Notes under the pieces: model-generated
Databases searched by the model: none
What the model saw: the letters and a program-made list of their open reading frames with translations, nothing else
Told to the model about the DNA's origin: nothing
From: Armatimonadota bacterium
Lineage (GTDB): Bacteria; Sysuimicrobiota; Sysuimicrobiia; Sysuimicrobiales; Humicultoraceae
NCBI GenBank assembly: GCA_052386995.1
Contig: JBQTJP010000130.1
Location: forward strand, 1 to 22,521
Reading direction: 5' to 3'
Length of the DNA: 22,521 bases
In this document: piece after piece, positions 8,876 through 15,980 of the stretch
Layout of the letters: every line of letters starts with the position of its first letter
Numbering within the stretch: the stretch's first letter is position 1
Program-made: the position numbers and the translations under genes

Positions 8876-8951
8876 CTCATGCCGTCAACGATACCCCCAC
8901 CCATCGCCGCTCACGGGTGTGCAGTCCGTTGGAATCCTCCTCCCCCAGCCA
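8876..8951 (+). repeat. att-like direct repeat, copy 2 (tRNA-Gln-type 3' end; probable distal island boundary)
   Basis: 70/76 identical to 3145-3220. Ends GAATCCTCCTCCCCCAGCCA. Minus strand reads WLGEEDSNGLHTRERRWVGVSLTA*. Confidence 0.85.
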
Positions 8952-9242
8952 GGTTCGAGATCTCACGCCTGCCGCGGGTCTCCTGGACGGCTTCGAAAGT
9001 CTTCTGACGGCGGTCTCACAGGTAAGAGGTGCCACTTACGTTCGTGCCGAACAGCGGAGCCGGCTATGGATGTGCAAAGCGGCGTCGCCACTTTCCCTGA
9101 TCGCGTTCCCGTTGACTAAGTGTCGACGCAAACGGGACTCCGCCACGTCCGGGGCCGAACCCTTACTTGTCGTCGGGGCCATGGCTGGCGGGTAACGCCA
9201 AAGCATTGCCGAGACTCCAAGCACTTAGGATGACCCTGAACC

Positions 9243-9269
9243 TGTCGATTTGGTTGCCCCTCGTTCGTC
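9243..9269 (+). promoter_or_regulatory. ECF42-type sigma promoter (-35 TGTCGA, 17-bp spacer, -10 CGTC)
   Basis: TGTCGA at 9243-9248 and CGTC at 9266-9269, upstream of a DGPF gene in an operon encoding an ECF42-type sigma factor. Matches the described ECF42 target motif. Confidence 0.8.
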
Positions 9270-9350
9270 GTGTAGGCAGAGCCCAGGTTCAGCCGGTCGA
9301 GGCCGGCAGGGAGCCCGGCTCGACACCTTAGCTCGAAGGAGGCATTTGCG

Positions 9351-9791
9351 ATGAGAGTCATGGTACTGGTCAAAGCCACCAAGGAATCGGAGGCGGGCGT
9401 CCTCCCGGACAAGAAGATCCTCACCGAGATGGGGAAGTACAACGAGGAGCTGGTGAAGGCTGGCGTGATGCTCGCGGGCGAGGGGCTCCAGCCGAGCTCG
9501 AAGGGCGTGCGCGTCAAGTTCTCTGGACCGAAGCGGACCGTGATCGACGGGCCCTTTACAGAGACAAAGGAGCTGATTGCCGGCTTCTGGCTGTGGCAGG
9601 TGAGGTCCATGGAAGAAGCGATCGAATGGCTCAAGCGCGCCCCGTTCCAGGAGACCGAGGTGGAGATCCGTCAGGTGTTCGAGGCCGAGGACTTTGGTGA
9701 GGCGCTCACCCCCGAGCTCAGGGAGCAGGAGGAGCGCGTGCGCGCGCAGGCCGCGCAGCGCAACAAGGCCGCCAAAGGAGGGAAGCAGTGA
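9351..9791 (+). CDS. YciI/DGPF family protein
   Basis: VIDGPFTETKELIAGFW motif, AGVMLAGEGLQPS, EIRQVFE; RBS AAGGAGG. Confidence 0.92.
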   Translation: MRVMVLVKATKESEAGVLPDKKILTEMGKYNEELVKAGVMLAGEGLQPSSKGVRVKFSGPKRTVIDGPFTETKELIAGFWLWQVRSMEEAIEWLKRAPFQETEVEIRQVFEAEDFGEALTPELREQEERVRAQAAQRNKAAKGGKQ

Positions 9792-10450
9792 TGATTCTAA
9801 CCATCACCACCTTCTTGTCACTGGATGGAGTCATGCAGGCTCCGGGGGGCCCTGATGAGGACCGGAGTCACGGGTTCAGCCATGGTGGGTGGCTCGTCCC
9901 CTACGCCGACCCAGATATGGGACGGATGGTGGACGACTGGTTTGCTGCGGCGGATAGTTTCCTGCTGGGGCGAAAGACCTATGAGATCTTCGCGGCTCAC
10001 TGGCCGCACGTCACTGCTGAAAATGACCCGGTGGCTGCAAAGCTGAACAGCCTCCCCAAGTACGTCGTCTCAAAGACCCTGGACAAGGTGGAGTGGAACA
10101 ACTCCACGCTGATCAAGGGGGATGTCGCGGAGGAGGTTGCCAAGCTGAAGCGCCGGCCTGGCAAGGAACTCCAGGTCCACGGCAGCGGGGAGCTCGCTCA
10201 AACACTGATGCAGCACGACCTCGTCGACGAGTATCGCCTATGGTTCTATCCGGTGGTTCTGGGCAGCGGCAAGCGTCTCTTCCGAGAGGGCGGCGTCGCG
10301 AAAGCTCTGAGACTTGTCAGCTCCAACACAACCTCCACAGGGGTCACGGTCAATTCGTACCAGCCAGCAGGAGAGGTGAAGCACGGCTCGTTCGAGGTCG
10401 ACCAGTACGAAACTGCGACTCGAGCCCTCTTCGAACGCAAGGGCTTGTAG
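9788..10450 (+). CDS. Dihydrofolate reductase-like protein (RibD C-terminal domain family)
   Basis: FLSLDGVMQAPGGPDED, LLGRKTYEIF, VHGSGELAQTL, LVDEYRLWFYPVVLGSGKRLF. Start (GTG 9788 or ATG 9791) overlaps the upstream stop. Confidence 0.92.
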   Translation: MMILTITTFLSLDGVMQAPGGPDEDRSHGFSHGGWLVPYADPDMGRMVDDWFAAADSFLLGRKTYEIFAAHWPHVTAENDPVAAKLNSLPKYVVSKTLDKVEWNNSTLIKGDVAEEVAKLKRRPGKELQVHGSGELAQTLMQHDLVDEYRLWFYPVVLGSGKRLFREGGVAKALRLVSSNTTSTGVTVNSYQPAGEVKHGSFEVDQYETATRALFERKGL

Positions 10451-10487
10451 CTTGCGCCGGTCGATCGAAGTGGTTTGACCGGTCACC

Positions 10488-11765
10488 GTGACGGCGTCCG
10501 ATACCCATCGCGCGATCGACGCGGTCTGGAGGATTGAGTCCGCCAAGATCATTGCCGGTCTCACGCGGATCGTGCGTGACGTCGGTCTCGCCGAGGAAAT
10601 CGCGCAGGACGCGCTTGTCGCCGCGCTCGAGCGGTGGCCGGCCTCAGGTGTCCCGGACAACCCGGGCGCCTGGCTGATGTCCGTCGCAAAGCACCGCGCG
10701 ATTGACGTGCTGCGCAGGAGATCACGGCTCGAGCGCAAGTACGAAGCGCTCGGCCGCGAGCGCGAGGCCCAGGAGCTGGCCGCGCCGGGTCCCGAAGCCG
10801 TGATCGACGACGATATCGGTGACGACCTTCTACGCCTCATATTTATCTCGTGTCATCCGGTTCTCTCACGCGAAGCGCGCGTGGCGCTCACGCTCCGCTT
10901 GCTCGGAGGTCTGACGACCGAGGAGATCGCGCGTGCATTCCTCGTCTCGGAGCCGACCGTCGCCCAGCGCATCGTCAGAGCAAAGCGGACGCTCGCTGAG
11001 GCGCGCGTCCCCTTCAAGGTCCCTCAAGGACACGCGCTCGCCGCTCGTCTGTCGTCGGTACTCGAGGTCGTCTACCTCGTGTTCAACGAGGGCTACCTGG
11101 CGACCGCCGGCGACGACTGGGTGCGACCTGTGCTCTGTGAGGAGGCGCTCCGTCTCGGTCGTGTCCTGGCCGAGCTCATGCCGGAGGAGTCGGAGGTCCA
11201 CGGCTTGGTGGCGCTCATGGAGATCCAGGCGTCGCGCTTGAGGGCACGCGTGGGCCCGTCTGGTGAGCCGGTTCTGTTGCTCGATCAAAACCGCGCGCGC
11301 TGGGATCAACTCCTGATCCGCCGGGGCTTCGCGGCGCTCGGGCGCGCCGAGGCACTCGGAGATGCGCTGGGCCCGTACGCGTTGCAGGGCGCGATCGCCG
11401 CCTGTCACGCGCGGGCGCGCACCCCCGAGGAGACGGACTGGGCGCGCATCGCGGCGCTCTATGATGCGCTGGCGCAACTCGCGCCTTCTCCCGTTGTTGA
11501 ACTAAATCGTGCCGTGGCGCTCGGGATGGCGTTTGGTCCAGCGGCGGGCCTCGAGGTCGTCGATACGCTGACCGCTGAGCCGTCGCTTAAGAGCTACCAT
11601 CTGCTGTCGAGTGTGCGCGGCGATCTACTCGACAAGCTTGGCCGCTTCGACGAGGCCCGAGTGGAGTTCGAGCGCGCGGCGTCGCTCACGCGTAATGCCC
11701 GTGAGCGTGCGATGCTCATCGAGCGCGCCGCCGCATCTGCGCGCGCATCGGGGGCGCCTCGGTAG
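10488..11765 (+). CDS. ECF sigma factor, ECF42 type (sigma2/sigma4 + C-terminal TPR extension)
   Basis: LAEEIAQDALVAALERWPASGVPDNPGAWL, DDLLRLIFISCHP, LRLLGGLTTEEIARAFLVSEPTVAQRIVRAK, GPYALQGAIAACH, SPVVELNRAVA. Adjacent to a DGPF gene. Confidence 0.92.
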   Translation: MTASDTHRAIDAVWRIESAKIIAGLTRIVRDVGLAEEIAQDALVAALERWPASGVPDNPGAWLMSVAKHRAIDVLRRRSRLERKYEALGREREAQELAAPGPEAVIDDDIGDDLLRLIFISCHPVLSREARVALTLRLLGGLTTEEIARAFLVSEPTVAQRIVRAKRTLAEARVPFKVPQGHALAARLSSVLEVVYLVFNEGYLATAGDDWVRPVLCEEALRLGRVLAELMPEESEVHGLVALMEIQASRLRARVGPSGEPVLLLDQNRARWDQLLIRRGFAALGRAEALGDALGPYALQGAIAACHARARTPEETDWARIAALYDALAQLAPSPVVELNRAVALGMAFGPAAGLEVVDTLTAEPSLKSYHLLSSVRGDLLDKLGRFDEARVEFERAASLTRNARERAMLIERAAASARASGAPR

Positions 11766-11898
11766 CTTGCGGTCACTGCGTCATTACAGGCTGTAACGCC
11801 CTCAATGAGGGTCTGGACAAGGGCAAATCCTACGGCCAGACCCGCTGCTTCTAAACGGGATCTAATATACGCCTCCGGAAGAGCCGCGCTCGAACGAA

Positions 11899-11927
11899 TT
11901 GACAAATAAAGTTGTCCAATGTAGGTT
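11899..11927 (+). promoter_or_regulatory. Sigma70 promoter with overlapping inverted-repeat operator; likely leaderless transcript
   Basis: TTGACA 11899-11904, 17-bp spacer, TAGGTT 11922-11927. GACAA-N6-TTGTC inverted repeat at 11901-11916. ATG 11934 lies 7 nt after the -10 with no SD. Confidence 0.7.
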
Positions 11928-11933
11928 AGAGAT

Positions 11934-12533
11934 ATGGATATGGAAGCGATCGGCACGGTCAACGAGCCGCAGGCGGCGCAGCTGCTCATGCACCCGTTAC
12001 GGCGCCGGATCGTGGAGCTCGCCAGGGAGCCTGCGGGAGCAAGCGGCCTCGCTCGGGTCCTCGGCGTGCCGCGCCAGAAGGTCAACTATCATTTGAGGCG
12101 GCTTTCGCGCGCCCGCGTGTTACGCCACGTGGGCAAAGTGCAGCGCCGCGGGTTATTCGAACAGCTTTATCAAGCGAGCGCGCGCATGTATGTACTTTCG
12201 CCTCAGGTGCTGGGCCCGCTCGCCGCCCACGCAGGCCAAGTCGGCGATGCCTACAGCGCTTCATACCTCCTGGCGCTGGCGACCCAGATCCAGTCCGAGT
12301 TGGGTCGCGCTCAGTCTGAGGCGCGCAAGCAGGGCAAGCGGATTGCTACGCTGAGCGTGAACACAGAGTTTCGCTTCGAGAGCGCGGAGCAGCAGCGGAA
12401 GTTCGCGGAAGGATTGATGAAGTCGGTGACCGAGCTGGTTGGGCGGCACACCACGCCGTCCAAGAGCGGCCGAGGCCGGCCTTATCGACTTGTCATCGGT
12501 AGCTATCCAATACCTCCCGGGAGGAGCTCATGA
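11934..12533 (+). CDS. ArsR-like winged HTH transcriptional regulator
   Basis: HPLRRRIVELAREPAGASGLARVLGVPRQKVNYHLRRL; ATGA overlap with the downstream SRPBCC gene. Confidence 0.88.
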   Translation: MDMEAIGTVNEPQAAQLLMHPLRRRIVELAREPAGASGLARVLGVPRQKVNYHLRRLSRARVLRHVGKVQRRGLFEQLYQASARMYVLSPQVLGPLAAHAGQVGDAYSASYLLALATQIQSELGRAQSEARKQGKRIATLSVNTEFRFESAEQQRKFAEGLMKSVTELVGRHTTPSKSGRGRPYRLVIGSYPIPPGRSS

Positions 12534-13315
12534 AGGCGAAGGCACGGCGGAAGGGACGGACGATTGAAACGGAAACCCGGACCAGGGCGACCCCTGAGCA
12601 GGCCTTGGCGGCCTTCGCGGATGCGGAAAGAGTCAAGGATTGGTGGGTCGACAAGGTGGAGGGCCAGGCCAAGCTCGGCGCCGAGATGGTCTGGACCTGG
12701 GAGAACATCGCATTGAGCAGCCCGGTAAAGATCGTCGAGTCCGTTCCGGGAGAGCGATTAGTGCTCGAGTGGCAAGAGCAGCCGGGCGTGGTGATCTGGG
12801 AGATCGACGTCGCGCGCGAAGGTGGCGAGACCGTGGTCAGGATTGTAGCTTCCGGTTTCGGTGATGGCGCCGCATGGGACGAGCTCTATGAGGGCATGAA
12901 GCGTGGCCAGCCCGGCTTGATGAGAATGCTCAAGCACTATCTCGACCATCACTTCGGCCAGCGCCGGCGCGTCGTGTCCGTCATGCGGGAGACCAGCCGT
13001 CCGGCTGACACCAGCCGGTTTTTGACCGAGCCCCACCTGACTCGCTGGCTCGTGCGCGAGGCGAAGCTCGGCCGGCCCGGCGAGAGCGCGCGGCTCGTCT
13101 TGCGCAGCGGGCGAGAGCTGACCGGTATCGTCAACACTACCGCCGAAGGCGTGCTCGACATGTCCTGCGACCAGGTCAGCGGTTCTGTGTTCTTCATGTG
13201 CTATCAGCAGAGGGTCTGGGCGATCATCAGCGGGTGGAAACTGCTCGAAGCAGACGCCAGGGCGCTCGGGAAGGAGCTGGGCGGCGCGCTCGACGCGTTG
13301 GTGGCTCTCACTTAG
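12530..13315 (+). CDS. SRPBCC (AHSA1/START-like) domain protein
   Basis: IETETRTRATPEQALAAFADAERVKDWW, VPGERLVLEW, GGETVVRIVASGFG..WDELYEGM. A second degenerate SRPBCC-like half follows. Confidence 0.85.
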   Translation: MKAKARRKGRTIETETRTRATPEQALAAFADAERVKDWWVDKVEGQAKLGAEMVWTWENIALSSPVKIVESVPGERLVLEWQEQPGVVIWEIDVAREGGETVVRIVASGFGDGAAWDELYEGMKRGQPGLMRMLKHYLDHHFGQRRRVVSVMRETSRPADTSRFLTEPHLTRWLVREAKLGRPGESARLVLRSGRELTGIVNTTAEGVLDMSCDQVSGSVFFMCYQQRVWAIISGWKLLEADARALGKELGGALDALVALT

Positions 13316-13327
13316 GAGGTGAATGCT

Positions 13328-13894
13328 GTGAGCGGTGCAGCTCGAAAGGTCATCATGTGGAACATGGTCACCCTCGACGGTTTCTTTGAAGGGCCAAAGA
13401 GCTGGGACATAGACTGGCATGAGTACGTGTGGGACGATGAACTGGAGCAGTTTGCGCTCGAGCAGTCCAAATCGGTCGGGATGCTGTTGTTCGGTCGCGT
13501 GACGTACCAAGGCATGGCGGCTTATTGGTCTTCCGCTAAGGGCGAAACTGCTGATTTCATGAACAACGTCCCGAAGGTCGTTTTTTCAAGAACCCTCGAG
13601 CGAGCCGAATGGAATAATACCCGGCTCGTCAAAACGAATGCCGAAGAGGAAGTCGTCAAGTTGAAGCAGCAGCCGGGCAAGGACCTCTTCATCTTCGGCA
13701 GCGCCATTCTCTCCTCAACCCTCATGCAGCATGATCTGATAGACGAGTATCGGCTTGGCCTCAATCCTCTTGTTCTGGGCGGCGGGAATCCCCTGTTTAA
13801 ACCAAATCCACAAAGGCGCAAGATGAAGCTCTTGGAGGCCAGGCCGTTGAAATCAGGGGTTGTGCTCCTTCGCTACCAGAGAAGCGGAGCCTAG
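13328..13894 (+). CDS. Dihydrofolate reductase-like protein (RibD C-terminal domain family), second paralog
   Basis: RKVIMWNMVTLDGFFEGP, LLFGRVTYQGM, IFGSAILSSTL, LIDEYRLGLNPLVLGGGNPLF. GTG 13328 is 8 nt after GGAGG; the ORF is open from 13319. Confidence 0.92.
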   Translation: MSGAARKVIMWNMVTLDGFFEGPKSWDIDWHEYVWDDELEQFALEQSKSVGMLLFGRVTYQGMAAYWSSAKGETADFMNNVPKVVFSRTLERAEWNNTRLVKTNAEEEVVKLKQQPGKDLFIFGSAILSSTLMQHDLIDEYRLGLNPLVLGGGNPLFKPNPQRRKMKLLEARPLKSGVVLLRYQRSGA

Positions 13895-13993
13895 ACGCCA
13901 AGCGAGGGATTGAACTCGAAAGGACCAGCGCGCTAGAATCCCCTGAGGTAACACATCAAGGTCAAACGGCCAATCCGATTTGAGGAGGAGTCC

Positions 13994-14353
13994 ATGCCGT
14001 ACGTTGATGGATATGTGCTGCCCGTCCCGAAGAAAAACCTGCAGAGCTACCGCCGTATGGCGCAGAAGGCAGGAAAGCTCTGGCGGAAGTATGGTGCGCT
14101 GGACTACAAAGAGTGCGTTGGCGATGACCTCAAAACAAAATGGGGGGTGCCCTTTTCGCGAGCGTTCAAGCTCAAGCCCGGCGAGACGGTGGTGTTCTCG
14201 TACATCGTGTTCAACTCGCGTGCGCATCGTGACCGCGTGAACGCAAAGGTGATGAAGGACCCGAGCATGGGCGCGGCTATGGAGAACCAGCCGATGCCCT
14301 TTGACATGAAGCGCATGGTCTACGGCGGCTTCAAAGTCATCGTCGACGCCTAG
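13994..14353 (+). CDS. DUF1428 (YbaA-like) protein
   Basis: MPYVDGYVLPVPKKN, GALDYKECVGDDL, ETVVFSYIVFNSRAHRDRVNAKVMKDP, MPFDMKRMVYGGF; RBS GAGGAGG. Confidence 0.93.
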   Translation: MPYVDGYVLPVPKKNLQSYRRMAQKAGKLWRKYGALDYKECVGDDLKTKWGVPFSRAFKLKPGETVVFSYIVFNSRAHRDRVNAKVMKDPSMGAAMENQPMPFDMKRMVYGGFKVIVDA

Positions 14354-14472
14354 CGCACTCCTCCTGATCACCTTCCACATACAGGGAGTTTCCGCGAAGT
14401 ATCAGCCCAAGGGGAGACCTTCCTCGAAACGCTCACAGCCGCGCTTACTCGGAGCGGAATTCGCCTTCAAAA

Positions 14473-15939
14473 ATGAGGCATAGAATCGTCGCCCTGCTCG
14501 TGACCCTCGTCCTTGTGTCCCCTGGGCTTCTCAGCGGCCCGGCGAGGGCGCAGCCATCTACTGCTCCTGTCGAGCTTGCCTCGAGGCTCGACGCCATCCT
14601 TTCAGACAGCCGTCTTGCAGGGACCCAGGTGAGCGTCACAGTGCGCGATGCGCCTACGGGTGAGATCCTCTACGCGCACAACGCGGACGCTCGTCTGGTC
14701 CCTGCGTCGAACCAGAAGCTCATCATCGCAGCCGCGGCGTTTGCTGTACTGGGATCCGAATACCGCTTCCGAACGACAGTCCTGACGTCGGGTCGCGTTC
14801 AGAACGGCGTCCTGGAGGGCAATCTCTACCTTAAAGGCACCGGCGACCCGACGATGCTTGCCAGCCGGTACGCTGATCTCGCGCGCGCTCTTGCGGCCCG
14901 CGGAATTCGGAGCGTACGTGGCCGCCTTATCGCCGACGATACCTGGTTCGACGACGTGCGCCTCGGGCCAGATTGGTCGTGGGACGATGAAGCCTTTGCG
15001 TACGCGGCTCAAGTTTCCGCGCTCACCGTGGCGCCCGACGAAGATTTCGATGCTGGGACCGTGATCGTGGATGTGCATCCGGGCATTGCAGATGGGGCAC
15101 CAGCGCGCGTGATCCTTACTCCGGCCACCCGGTACCTGAAGGTCATCAACCGCGTCAGGACCGGCGTCGCCGGTTCGCGAGCCACCCTGACCGTTGACCG
15201 TGAGCATGGAGCGAACACGGTCGTGCTCGCGGGCAGCATCCCAGTAGGGACTGACCGTATCCGGCGATGGGTGAGCGTGTGGGAACCCACGGCCTACGCG
15301 GCCGAGGTCTTCCTCGGGGCGCTCGCAGAACATGGCGTCCGCGTGGACGGCCGGACGACAATCGGGTCTACTCCGCTCCTTGCCACTGAGCTCGCCGCTA
15401 TCGAGTCTATGCCGCTGGGCCAACTCGCAGTGCCCTTTCTGAAGCTGAGCAACAACGGCATCGCCGAGATTCTCATCAAAGCCATGGGGAGGCGTGTGGT
15501 GGATGAGGGAAGCTGGCGCGCCGGCCTTCAGGTCGTAGCCGACTACCTGGTTCGTGGAGGTGTGAACCTGCGTGACATCCGCCTCCGCGACGGTTCGGGG
15601 CTTTCCCGGCTCAACCTCGTCACCACGCGAGAACTGACGAGGCTGCTGGCCGACGTGCAGCGCGAGCCCTGGTTCGGCTACTTCTACGACGCGCTGCCGA
15701 TCGCGGGCGTCTCAGAACGCCTGATTGGAGGTACGCTGCGCTCGCGGATGAGCGGCACGCGGGCGCAGGCCAATCTCCGAGCAAAAACGGGAAGCCTCAC
15801 CGGAGTCAGTGCGCTTTCGGGATTCGTCGCGGCTGCGGGGCGCAATCGTTTCGTCTTCTCCAGTCTCATCAACAACTTCACGGGACCGCCGCCCCGTGAC
15901 ATCGAGGACGCGATCGGCATCATGCTGGCCGGATTGTGA
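14473..15939 (+). CDS. dacB: D-alanyl-D-alanine carboxypeptidase/endopeptidase (PBP4, peptidase S13)
   Basis: Signal peptide; SxxK (PASNQK), GNLYLKGTGDP, SxN (LSNN), DGSGLSRLN, KTG (AKTGSL). Confidence 0.95.
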   Translation: MRHRIVALLVTLVLVSPGLLSGPARAQPSTAPVELASRLDAILSDSRLAGTQVSVTVRDAPTGEILYAHNADARLVPASNQKLIIAAAAFAVLGSEYRFRTTVLTSGRVQNGVLEGNLYLKGTGDPTMLASRYADLARALAARGIRSVRGRLIADDTWFDDVRLGPDWSWDDEAFAYAAQVSALTVAPDEDFDAGTVIVDVHPGIADGAPARVILTPATRYLKVINRVRTGVAGSRATLTVDREHGANTVVLAGSIPVGTDRIRRWVSVWEPTAYAAEVFLGALAEHGVRVDGRTTIGSTPLLATELAAIESMPLGQLAVPFLKLSNNGIAEILIKAMGRRVVDEGSWRAGLQVVADYLVRGGVNLRDIRLRDGSGLSRLNLVTTRELTRLLADVQREPWFGYFYDALPIAGVSERLIGGTLRSRMSGTRAQANLRAKTGSLTGVSALSGFVAAAGRNRFVFSSLINNFTGPPPRDIEDAIGIMLAGL

Positions 15940-15980
15940 ATGGAACTCTCCGGCGCAAAGTTCCGTAAAGAGTCTGGGCG

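Noticed and set aside
3145..8951. CRISPR array or IS inverted repeats as the explanation of the 76-bp repeat
   Set aside because: Only two direct copies, 5.7 kb apart, with no cas genes or transposase.
8920..8965. Complete tRNA gene at either repeat (GGTTCGAGA also follows copy 2)
   Set aside because: Only the last ~20 nt are tRNA-like. There is no 5' acceptor strand, D-arm or anticodon arm. The GGTTCGA after the CCA has no T-stem.
9100..9200. Structured ncRNA (hairpins CGTTGAC/GTCGACG and GGCG/CGCC)
   Set aside because: Short stems are expected by chance at this GC content, and I recognise no known RNA motif.
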